A DNA stretch of 59,545 nt, the filler included. It is 5 parts of 5 records of this genome, joined end to end, with 100 filler letters (N's around TTAATTAATTAA, not from the genome) between each part and the next. Parts side by side here need not be neighbours in the genome. Positions count along the whole stretch, not along the records: positions 1 to 14,868 come from SRR31156797_5254; positions 14,969 to 32,348 come from SRR31156797_5260; 3 more parts are not named here. One strand, given 5' to 3'. Positions 10,563 through 18,884 of this stretch are shown here, piece after piece. Below the pieces are notes generated by a model. The model worked only from the letters and a program-made list of their open reading frames with translations, was not told where the DNA came from and made no database searches. Each line of letters begins with the position of its first letter. The first letter of the stretch is position 1. Both the position numbers and the translations under genes were made by a program.

Positions 10563-11108
10563 ATGCAGACCTGGAACATTTCCGCAGGGCGGCTCATTAT
10601 TCGCCAAGGTGACATAACCACTCTTTCTGTCGATGCTATCGTCAATGCCGCCAACAACCAGTTAGCCGGAGGCGGTGGTGTTGACGGAGCTATTCACAGA
10701 GCCGCTGGCCTTGTTAAACTTCAGACAGCCTGTCAGGATATCGTTCAAAAAAACGGTCCACTGCCAACAGGTAAAGCGGTCATTACTCCCGGCTTCGGTC
10801 TGCCATCTCACCATATTATTCATACCGTCGGCCCTGTTTGGCACGGCGGCAAAAACGACGAACCTGCGAAGCTCGGCAGTGCATATGAACACAGTCTGAA
10901 GCTCGCCCACGCACATGCTATCGGGACCATTGCATTCCCGGCCATCTCCTGCGGCGTATACGGCTATCCGGTCGAAGATGCTGCACGCATTGCACTGCCA
11001 GCCCTGAAACACGGACTGGAAGCAAACATGGTCAGGGAAATATGCATGGTCCTGCATGACGACGCGGCCTATGACATCTGGACCGCCATCGCCAAAGAAG
11101 TGCTGTAA
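10563..11108 (+). CDS. macro-domain protein (YmdB-like O-acetyl-ADP-ribose deacetylase / ADP-ribose hydrolase)
   Basis: [45 protein letters not shown]. Confidence 0.93.
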   Translation: MQTWNISAGRLIIRQGDITTLSVDAIVNAANNQLAGGGGVDGAIHRAAGLVKLQTACQDIVQKNGPLPTGKAVITPGFGLPSHHIIHTVGPVWHGGKNDEPAKLGSAYEHSLKLAHAHAIGTIAFPAISCGVYGYPVEDAARIALPALKHGLEANMVREICMVLHDDAAYDIWTAIAKEVL

Positions 11109-11130
11109 CGCCTCACACAAGGAGCAAAAA

Positions 11131-11670
11131 GTGGAACTCAGAGGAACAACCATCGTTGCGGTCAAGGACGACAACGGTACAGCTGTTGCCGGTGACGGTC
11201 AGGTCACCATGGGTCAGGCCATTGCCATGAAGCATACCGCCCGCAAAGTGCGCCGTATCTTCAAAGATAAGGTTACCGTAGGATTTGCGGGAGCCACAGC
11301 AGACGCCTTCACTCTATCTGAACGATTTGAAACCAAACTGGAAACATACTCCGGCAACCTGCTCAGGGCTGCCGTAGAACTGGCCAAGGATTGGCGCACC
11401 GACAAATATCTGCGCAAGCTCGAAGCAATGCTGTTGGCCGCTGATGGCGAGCACATTCTGATTATCTCCGGGACTGGAGATGTCATCGAGCCGGACGACG
11501 GCGTTGCAGCTATCGGCTCCGGTGGATCATATGCCTTGGCTGCAGCCCGCGCTCTGCAACAAAATACCGACTTGCCGGCCAAGGTCATTGCCCGCAAAGC
11601 CATGGAAATCGCGGCTGACATTTGTGTTTACACGAACAACCACATCACTCTGGAATCACAGGATAAGTAA
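11131..11670 (+). CDS. hslV: ATP-dependent protease subunit HslV
   Basis: GTG start after AGGAG; short propeptide then TTIVAV (N-terminal Thr nucleophile), [20 protein letters not shown]. Confidence 0.97.
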   Translation: MELRGTTIVAVKDDNGTAVAGDGQVTMGQAIAMKHTARKVRRIFKDKVTVGFAGATADAFTLSERFETKLETYSGNLLRAAVELAKDWRTDKYLRKLEAMLLAADGEHILIISGTGDVIEPDDGVAAIGSGGSYALAAARALQQNTDLPAKVIARKAMEIAADICVYTNNHITLESQDK

Positions 11671-13068
11671 ATGAGCAATCTGACACCAAGAGAAATCGTC
11701 TCTGAACTCGACAGATATATCATCGGCCAGAACGACGCCAAACGGATGGTGGCTATCGCCATGCGCAACAGGTGGCGCAGGCAACAGATCGAACCGGAAC
11801 TTCGGGACGAAATTGCCCCAAAAAACATTATCCTCATGGGACCCACCGGCGTCGGCAAAACCGAAATCGCCCGCCGTCTGGCACGATTGACCAACTGCCC
11901 GTTCTTCAAGGTTGAAGCAACCAAATTCACCGAGGTCGGTTATGTAGGCCGCGATGTTGAATCCATGATCCGTGACCTTATGGAAATTGGTGTGGCCATG
12001 GTCCGCAAAGAAGAAACTGAAAAAGTACGTATCAAAGCGGAAAAGAATGCTGAAGAACGCCTTCTCGACCTGCTCCTCCCCGGCAAAAAACCACAGAAAC
12101 AAGAGCATATGGGCTTTTTTGCAGGGAATCAGGACGGAGCAGTCGAACCAATCGAGCCGGTCGAACCTTCTCAAAAAGACGACGGTACCCGTGAAAAATT
12201 CCGCCAAATGTTTCGTCAGGGGCAACTCGACGATCGCGAAGTGGAAATGGAAGTCACAGTTCAGTCCGGTGCACAGGTGGAGATCATGGCCATTCCAGGC
12301 ATGGAAGACATGGGCAACAACCTGCAAAATGCCTTTTCCAACATGTTCCCCGGCAAACGCAAGACACGCAAGATGAAAATCAAGGACGCGTATCAGACTC
12401 TTATCGATGAAGAAGCCGACAAGCTCATCGACCCGGATGCAGTCAATGAACTTGCTCGCGAACGCGTCGAGCAACAGGGTATTTTGTTTGTGGATGAAAT
12501 GGATAAAATCGCTTCCCGCCACGATCAGGCTGGCGGAGGCTCTGCCGATGTTTCTAGAGAGGGCGTGCAGCGCGACCTACTGCCCATCGTAGAAGGCAGT
12601 GTGGTCAACACCAAGTATGGCATGATCAAAACCGACCATATCCTGTTCATTGCAGCAGGTGCATTCCACTTTGCCAAACCGTCAGATCTCATTCCTGAAT
12701 TACAAGGCCGCTTCCCTCTGCGCGAAGAGTTGTCTTCTCTGCACAAGGAAGAATTCTACCGCATTTTGACCGAACCCAAAAACGCACTGACCGTCCAATA
12801 CAAGGCACTCCTTGCAACCGAAGGCGTGACCGTGGACTACTCTCAGGAAGCGCTTGAAGAAATCTCGGCGATGGCAGAAAAAATCAATGAGGAAACCGAA
12901 AATATCGGAGCTCGCAGACTCTACACCATCATGGAAAAGATTCTGGCGAACCTTTCATTTGAAGCCCCGGACAAATCGGGACAAAAAATTGTCATTGATC
13001 GCGACTATGTCACGGATCAACTCGACCATGTCGTGGAAGATCGAGATCTCTCACGCTACATTCTGTAA
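11671..13068 (+). CDS. hslU: ATP-dependent protease ATPase subunit HslU
   Basis: [40 protein letters not shown]-terminal DLSRYIL. Confidence 0.99.
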   Translation: MSNLTPREIVSELDRYIIGQNDAKRMVAIAMRNRWRRQQIEPELRDEIAPKNIILMGPTGVGKTEIARRLARLTNCPFFKVEATKFTEVGYVGRDVESMIRDLMEIGVAMVRKEETEKVRIKAEKNAEERLLDLLLPGKKPQKQEHMGFFAGNQDGAVEPIEPVEPSQKDDGTREKFRQMFRQGQLDDREVEMEVTVQSGAQVEIMAIPGMEDMGNNLQNAFSNMFPGKRKTRKMKIKDAYQTLIDEEADKLIDPDAVNELARERVEQQGILFVDEMDKIASRHDQAGGGSADVSREGVQRDLLPIVEGSVVNTKYGMIKTDHILFIAAGAFHFAKPSDLIPELQGRFPLREELSSLHKEEFYRILTEPKNALTVQYKALLATEGVTVDYSQEALEEISAMAEKINEETENIGARRLYTIMEKILANLSFEAPDKSGQKIVIDRDYVTDQLDHVVEDRDLSRYIL

Positions 13069-13090
13069 AAGACAGAAATTCTACCATAAC

Positions 13091-13133
13091 AGCCGTCTTT
13101 GCTGCCGCACACCGGGGGCAAAGACGGCTTTTT
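13091..13133 (+). terminator. Rho-independent terminator after hslU
   Basis: AGCCGTCTTTGC...GCAAAGACGGCT stem followed by a T tract. Confidence 0.75.
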
Positions 13134-13243
13134 AATTGTCATCACAATATCATATCATGGAATTCTAAACAGCTTGCCACAAACGGACCGTCTGCTATAA
13201 TCGGAATCAATACCTCCCTTTCAACCATCAGGGAAAACTGACC

Positions 13244-14602
13244 ATGAGTAATAGCCGGCTCTCGCCCAACACACGATACAGTCGCCCCTTGATCGGCCTT
13301 CTGGTGCTGGCTTTCATTACAGCTATCGGTTTGCCATTCATCACCATCAAAATCATATATCCAGCCTATTCAAAAATTCTCATTTCATCGATCATGGAAG
13401 AGACTGGACGACTGGCGAAATACGTCATTCCCCCGGCAGCCAAGCACTCCAAACTAACGCACAAAGTTCTCGAGGACACCGGGTTTTCAGCAGCCATTTA
13501 TAGAATGGAAAATGAACTCGGTCTTTTAAAAATCAAAATATACTCGGACACAGGTCTTATTCTGTACTCCACCGATTTCAGTGAAATAGGAACACGCGGT
13601 AAAGAGTCTGTTTTCTTTGACAAAACATTAAAAGGTATACCATGCGGCGATCTCAAACATGAAAAAGGAATCGACGCTCATGGCATCATACGTGAAATAG
13701 ATATCCTTGAAACCTGCGTCCCGATCATGCGTGGGGACTCCTTTCTTGGCGCATTTGAATTGGTATCCGATGTTTCGTCTCACATACAAAAGCTCAACCG
13801 TGTCAACACACTGGCCACATACGGTACAATCCTAGCCTGTTGCAGTCTGTTTGTTGTCGGCAGTATCTTGTTCCTACTCGAATCCAGTCGCATCCGTGAA
13901 CGAAAAAAGGCAGAGACACTCAAGGCAGACGTAGAGCAAATCACACGACACGACATCAAGTCACCGCTCATCGGGGCGCTCAACGGTATAGAGTACCTCC
14001 GACATTACACGACTCTCGACGAAGAGCAGCAAACCATGCTTAATGACATGCGGACTTCCGTCAGCACTGGCCTGGACCTCATCAACCGCAGTCTCGACAT
14101 CTACAAGATGGAGATTGGTATGTACCAGTATGTCCCGCAGAACGTGGATATTCTATCCATTTTGCAGCGAGTGGTTGCCGATCTCTCAAGCATGGCTGAC
14201 ATGCAAAACGTTGCCATTAGCATCTCCCAATCCGGCAAATCACTCGTAGCCGACGACTCACTGTTCATCCAGGCAGAAGGAAGCCTCTGTTACTCACTTT
14301 TCGCCAATCTGATAAAAAACGGGGTTGAAGCGTCCTTGGCCAATCAGCAAGTGACCATTGACCTGATAAAAACAGATATTGTCACAATAAGCGTGCATAA
14401 TTCTGGTCAAGTACCAGATGCTATCAAAAACACTTTCTTCGATAAATACGCCACTGCCAACAAGACGACTGGTACAGGTTTGGGGACGTATTCCGCCAAG
14501 CTCATGACTGAAGCCATGGGGGGGACTATTTCATTAACCACATCCGAAGAAACAGGTACCACCATCACTGTGACTTTACCGTGCAGCACTCCATCAAAAT
14601 AA
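13244..14602 (+). CDS. membrane sensor histidine kinase
   Basis: Two TM helices flanking a periplasmic domain; RHDIKSPL H-box; NLIKNGVEA, FFDKYAT, GTGLGTYS. Confidence 0.9.
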   Translation: MSNSRLSPNTRYSRPLIGLLVLAFITAIGLPFITIKIIYPAYSKILISSIMEETGRLAKYVIPPAAKHSKLTHKVLEDTGFSAAIYRMENELGLLKIKIYSDTGLILYSTDFSEIGTRGKESVFFDKTLKGIPCGDLKHEKGIDAHGIIREIDILETCVPIMRGDSFLGAFELVSDVSSHIQKLNRVNTLATYGTILACCSLFVVGSILFLLESSRIRERKKAETLKADVEQITRHDIKSPLIGALNGIEYLRHYTTLDEEQQTMLNDMRTSVSTGLDLINRSLDIYKMEIGMYQYVPQNVDILSILQRVVADLSSMADMQNVAISISQSGKSLVADDSLFIQAEGSLCYSLFANLIKNGVEASLANQQVTIDLIKTDIVTISVHNSGQVPDAIKNTFFDKYATANKTTGTGLGTYSAKLMTEAMGGTISLTTSEETGTTITVTLPCSTPSK

Positions 14603-14613
14603 AGGGGAAACCC

Positions 14614-14811
14614 ATGCCATACGTTAATATTCGCATCACCAAAGAAGGCGCAACCGCGAACCAGAAGAAACAGCTCATCAAAGGTGTTACTGACCTACTG
14701 GCTGACGTGTTGGGGAAGAATCCGAAAACCACCTTTGTTATTATAGATGAGGTGGATACCGATAATTGGGGAATTGAGGGGGAAGTTGTTACTGACATTC
14801 GGAAAAAATGA
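14614..14811 (+). CDS. 4-oxalocrotonate tautomerase family protein
   Basis: Pro1 after Met (MPYVNIRIT), QKKQLIKGVTDLL, NWGIEG; 65 aa. Confidence 0.92.
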   Translation: MPYVNIRITKEGATANQKKQLIKGVTDLLADVLGKNPKTTFVIIDEVDTDNWGIEGEVVTDIRKK

Positions 14812-14868
14812 GTCGCTTTGAAGGCGGCCTTTTCTTTGAAGATGCGCCTTTGGCGAGAGTCATTGTTG
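14810..14868. repeat. intergenic repeat arm at the end of contig A
   Basis: 14839-14868 is the exact reverse complement of 32449-32478 (30 nt); imperfect similarity extends a further ~25-30 nt. Confidence 0.85.
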
Positions 14869-14968
14869 NNNNNNNNNNNNNNNNNNNNNNNNNNNNNNNN
14901 NNNNNNNNNNNNTTAATTAATTAANNNNNNNNNNNNNNNNNNNNNNNNNNNNNNNNNNNNNNNNNNNN
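14869..14968. other. artificial contig spacer
   Basis: N44-TTAATTAATTAA-N44 all-frame stop linker. Confidence 0.99.
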
Positions 14969-15253
14969 CAGATTTCTTTTCCCATGATCTGTGATCCAAA
15001 GCGAAAACTTTATAATGCTTATGGCCTCAAGCGGATGGGTGTTCTGGATTTTCTTTCACCCTCCCTGGCCATCAAAAGCCTGTCGGCCGTTGCCCAGGGG
15101 AATCTGGCGGGGTTGCCCGAAGGGGATGTGAAACAACTGGCGGGGGTGTTTATTATTAATTCCCAGGGCATCATTCAATATGAGCATCTTTCCACCGATC
15201 CTTCGGATTTTCCGCCTGTTGAAGATGTTCTGGAAGCGCTGAAACCATTTTAA
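14969..15253 (+). CDS. peroxiredoxin-like AhpC/TSA-family protein, C-terminal part (5' end lost at the contig edge)
   Basis: ICDPKRKLYNAYGL...GDVKQLAGVFIINSQGIIQYEH..DPSDFP is typical of AhpC/TSA_2-like C-termini; the active-site region is not in the window. Confidence 0.72.
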   Translation, partial: QISFPMICDPKRKLYNAYGLKRMGVLDFLSPSLAIKSLSAVAQGNLAGLPEGDVKQLAGVFIINSQGIIQYEHLSTDPSDFPPVEDVLEALKPF

Positions 15254-15286
15254 AGTCAGGCCGTTAAATGACGGCGGGAGGTCATT

Positions 15287-17527
15287 GTGAGTGAATGGCG
15301 GAAAACAGGTTGTGTATTGTGCGCCCAGAATTGCGGGCTTGAAGTTTTTGTGGAAAACAACCGCATCACAAAGGTTAAACCGGATCGGGACAATCCCCGG
15401 AGTCAGGGCTATGTCTGCCGCAAGGGCCTCAATATAATCCATCACCAATATCCGGAAGGTCGACTGACCCAACCGCTGAAGCGGGTGGGGAAAGGTTTTG
15501 AGCCCGTGGGCTGGGGTCAGGCCATGGGGGAAATATCGGATAAGATAAAAGCGTTGGTCGGTGAGCATGGCCCCCGCAGCCTGGCCTATATGGGGGGGAG
15601 CGCTCAGGGTGGACACTTCGAGGTGGCATTCGCATTGAGCCTTCTCCGCGCCATGGGCTCCCAGTACTATTACTCTTCCGCCGGGCAGGAATTCAGCGGT
15701 TCATGGTGGGTGTTCGGAAGGATGCTCGGAAAGCAGTACAATGTGGCCATCCCGGATGAGCACGGCGCCGAAATGCTGGTGGGGTGGGGCTGGAACGGTA
15801 TGATGAGCCACCAGATGCCACGTGCCCGAAAGGTGCTGACGGGGTTCAGTAAAGACCCCGAGCGTCTTTTTGTGGTGGTGGACCCCAGGAAAAGTGAAAC
15901 CGCCGCCATCGCCGATATTCACCTGGCGGTACGCCCCGGAACCGATGCGCTTCTGGTCAAGGCCATGATTGCGCTGATTCTTCATGAGGGTTGGGAAAAC
16001 TCGGATTATATGCACGACCACGTGGCCGGCTGGGAACAGGTTGCCCCGTGGTTTGAAGACTTTCATGTAAACGCCGCCCTGAAGGTCTGTGATCTGGAAT
16101 ATGCCCGGGTGAAGGAAGTATGCCGGCTCATGACCACAAAGCGATGGTGCCTTCATCCGGACCTGGGGATCTATATGGGGCGCAACAGTACGCTCAATTC
16201 CTATTTCTTAGGTATTCTGGGCGCCGTATGTGGTCTTTTCTGCGTCTCCGGCGGCAATGTCATTCCGGGCATGGTCATGCCCATGGGATTTCACGCGGAC
16301 GAGCGAAATCCCAAGATCTGGCGCACGGTCGCAACGGATATGCCCCCGGCCGCCGCCGGTTCTTTCCCCCCCAATGTGATGCCCGAAGAGATCCTTAACG
16401 ACCATCCCGACCGATTGCGGGCGGTGATGGTGAGCGCCTGCAATCCCCTTCGCTCCTACGCCGATACCAAAAGCTTTGAAGCGGCCTTCAAACAGCTGGA
16501 CCTCCTGGTGGTCAACGACATTGTCATGAGCGAAACGGCGAGGCTGGCACACTACGTGCTGCCCTGCCGCACCTTTTACGAATCCTGGGACGGCACCTTC
16601 TTCCCCTGGACCTACCCGGAGGTGTTTTTTCAGATGCGGGGACCCGTGGTGGAACCGGAAGGCCAATGCCTGGAAGCGGCCCAAATTTTTACCATTCTGG
16701 CCGACCGGCTGGGGCTTGTTCCCGAAATTCCGGACCATCTGCACCGGGCTGCCGGAGGGGACCGCCTGGCTTTCGGGGCAAAATTCATGCAATGGGCCGC
16801 ATCGGAGCCCCGGGCCATGAAAAGCATGCCCTTCGTGCTGGCCAAGACCCTGGGCCGGGTGTGGAACAGTGCCGCGCTTCCGGCTTTGTGGGGGATGTTG
16901 ATGACCGCACCGGAAACCTTTCGAAATAATGCCGCACGGGCAGGTTTTGAGCCGGGGATGGATCAGGGGGACCGTATTTTTCAGGCCCTCATGGATAACC
17001 CTCAGGGACTCTGGGTGGGTGAGGTGGATCCGGATGAAAATTTTTCCGGGGTTAAAACCGACTCCGGAAAAATTGAAGTTTACATTCCGGAGCTGGAGGC
17101 ATCCGCCGTCCATGTCAATGCGGAAGCGGAACAAAAACATCTGGCCCCATCCCATGAATTCCCCATGATCTTGAACGCCGGCAGGCACATGGATTATAAT
17201 GCCAATACCCTCATGCGAAACCCGGAGTGGAACCGGGGTAAACGGGCGTGTACCGTTGCAATCCATGCCGACGATGCAGCGGCACTGGACCTGCCGGACG
17301 GTCATCCGGTTCGGGTGGTGACCGAAGCCGGCAAGGCGGTGGGGGAGCTACAGGTTTCCGGGCAGGTGCGACAGGGAACCGTATTGATTCCCCACGGCTT
17401 CGGTCTCAACTATGAAGGAGAAGTTTACGGCATCAACGTCAACCATCTAACCAAAAATACCCACCGGGATCCGTTGGGCACGCCGTTGCACCGTTACGTG
17501 CCCTGCCGGCTGGAGAAGGCTGACTGA
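15287..17527 (+). CDS. molybdopterin-dependent oxidoreductase, DMSO reductase superfamily catalytic subunit
   Basis: GTG start after GGGAGG; [4Fe-4S] motif C9xxC12xxxC16...C44-R-K46; VVVDPRKSETA, VRPGTDA, DIVMSETARLAHYVLP; C-terminal molybdopterin-binding domain (ILNAGRH...IHADDAAAL...PHGFG). Confidence 0.93.
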   Translation: MSEWRKTGCVLCAQNCGLEVFVENNRITKVKPDRDNPRSQGYVCRKGLNIIHHQYPEGRLTQPLKRVGKGFEPVGWGQAMGEISDKIKALVGEHGPRSLAYMGGSAQGGHFEVAFALSLLRAMGSQYYYSSAGQEFSGSWWVFGRMLGKQYNVAIPDEHGAEMLVGWGWNGMMSHQMPRARKVLTGFSKDPERLFVVVDPRKSETAAIADIHLAVRPGTDALLVKAMIALILHEGWENSDYMHDHVAGWEQVAPWFEDFHVNAALKVCDLEYARVKEVCRLMTTKRWCLHPDLGIYMGRNSTLNSYFLGILGAVCGLFCVSGGNVIPGMVMPMGFHADERNPKIWRTVATDMPPAAAGSFPPNVMPEEILNDHPDRLRAVMVSACNPLRSYADTKSFEAAFKQLDLLVVNDIVMSETARLAHYVLPCRTFYESWDGTFFPWTYPEVFFQMRGPVVEPEGQCLEAAQIFTILADRLGLVPEIPDHLHRAAGGDRLAFGAKFMQWAASEPRAMKSMPFVLAKTLGRVWNSAALPALWGMLMTAPETFRNNAARAGFEPGMDQGDRIFQALMDNPQGLWVGEVDPDENFSGVKTDSGKIEVYIPELEASAVHVNAEAEQKHLAPSHEFPMILNAGRHMDYNANTLMRNPEWNRGKRACTVAIHADDAAALDLPDGHPVRVVTEAGKAVGELQVSGQVRQGTVLIPHGFGLNYEGEVYGINVNHLTKNTHRDPLGTPLHRYVPCRLEKAD

Positions 17528-17537
17528 AGTATAAGGC

Positions 17538-18305
17538 ATGGCACCCCTTTTCAATGGCACTGATTTTGATCTCATGATTCAAAAAAGCGACCCAAAGATC
17601 ATGATCGTGGAAGACGAAATTTCCGTTTCATTGGAATTACAGGAAATGTTAACGGAAAACGGTTACCTTGTGGCGGGCGTGGCGAGTTCGGGTGAAGAGG
17701 CCATTGTCATGGCGCGAAGTCTTAAGCCTGACTTGATCCTGATGGGCATCAAGCTGCCGGGGAAACTGGACGGTGTTGATGCCGCCGCAAGGATTCGTTC
17801 CCGTCTGAGCATACCCTCCGTTTTTGTAACCGGCCACGGTGAAAAGGAATTAGTGGACCGGGCTGTAAAAGCAGAGCCATTGGGTTATATTATGAAGCCC
17901 CTAAACAACATTCAGATTTTAGCCGCCATAAAAGTGGCCCTTGCCATAAAAATTCGAGAAGCGTTAAAAAGACCACCATACACGAGCATTCCTGCCGAAC
18001 TTATCGGATTGAGTGCCCAACAATTACGGGTGGCTGATATGGTCTGTGAAGGGAAAGATACTTCGGAAATTGCAAAAAACTTAGGCATCACAACAAATAC
18101 GGTCAACTGGCATAGAAAGAAAATCAGGAAAAGATTGGGAATCAATAATAAAAAAGTCGATTTAATGGTTGCCTTAAAATCATTAAATTCATTTTCACCC
18201 CCCGAAAAAGCATCGAAACATTACGCCGAGCCCCCCTCCGTGGCTGAATTCAAAAAAAATAGAAAATTTCCCTTTTGCGCATCCCTTTTTGCCAGAAAAA
18301 TATAG
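17538..18305 (+). CDS. response regulator, REC plus LuxR-type HTH, with the phosphoacceptor Asp replaced by Gly
   Basis: KIMIVEDE, PDLILMGIKLPG, FVTG, YIMKP; C-terminal LSAQQLRVADMVCEGKDTSEIAKNLGITTNTVNWHRKKIRKRLG; true start may be 17574. Confidence 0.88.
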   Translation: MAPLFNGTDFDLMIQKSDPKIMIVEDEISVSLELQEMLTENGYLVAGVASSGEEAIVMARSLKPDLILMGIKLPGKLDGVDAAARIRSRLSIPSVFVTGHGEKELVDRAVKAEPLGYIMKPLNNIQILAAIKVALAIKIREALKRPPYTSIPAELIGLSAQQLRVADMVCEGKDTSEIAKNLGITTNTVNWHRKKIRKRLGINNKKVDLMVALKSLNSFSPPEKASKHYAEPPSVAEFKKNRKFPFCASLFARKI

Positions 18306-18567
18306 TTGTATTTCAAAATATACCTTCAGTCTTATTAGGTTATTGTATATTACGTTTGTCTATATATCGTAATTTGCATTTTTTTTAAAATTTTACACCC
18401 ACGATCCCCCCATTGTAATTATAGTCGTCATAAATTAAACTTTTCGGAAAATAGTGTCGTTGCAGGATTTGGATGAATAATCTATCCGAAAGTACATCCG
18501 AGGGAAAAAACGCAGGAAAAAGAGTAATAATATTTGGACATTGGAATATAATAGAGGATTTAATTGG

Positions 18568-18771
18568 ATGGATGTAATCTCGGTCATTTTTTTCATTGTC
18601 ATCTATTTTGCACCCAGCATCGCTGATCAGATTTTGAATGGAAATATAAGAGGCCATGTCTTTCTTGTAAATATCACGTTGGGGTGGACCATAATCGCCT
18701 GGATATACACTTTTATCTGGGTTTTTAAGGAGAGAAAAAGAAGACGTTTAAACCGGTACTATTATTTTTAA
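18568..18771 (+). CDS. superinfection immunity protein (T4 Imm-like) small membrane protein
   Basis: IYFAPSIA...VFLVNITLGWTIIAWIYTFIW resembles the Imm_superinfect pattern (YFxPxxxA...NxxxGWTxxxW); GAGGA upstream of ATG 18568. Confidence 0.72.
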   Translation: MDVISVIFFIVIYFAPSIADQILNGNIRGHVFLVNITLGWTIIAWIYTFIWVFKERKRRRLNRYYYF

Positions 18772-18822
18772 ATTTTTGATTTACAAATGATGTTCATACC
18801 CTGAATCCGTTCAAGAAAGGGG

Positions 18823-18851
18823 CCCGTTCCCACGTTGAGCGCGGGAACGGG
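18823..18851. terminator. GC-rich hairpin between convergent Imm-like gene and gltX, probable terminator
   Basis: CCCGTTCCCACG-TTGAG-CGCGGGAACGGG. Confidence 0.55.
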
Positions 18852-18884
18852 GGATAAACGAAAAATCCGGCGAGAAAACCGAAA

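Noticed and set aside
14913-14924. TTAATTAATTAA repeated four times inside N runs
   Set aside because: Artificial all-frame stop linker, not a biological repeat or CRISPR.
16208-17305. 365-aa antisense ORF inside the molybdopterin oxidoreductase, and similar long shadow ORFs at 206-1060, 11656-12522, 26908-27660 and 38390-39361
   Set aside because: They lie opposite well-supported genes, have no motifs, and are explained by codon bias.
18385-18657. 90-aa minus-strand ORF in the AT-rich patch
   Set aside because: Overlaps the better-supported Imm-like gene and has no recognisable features.
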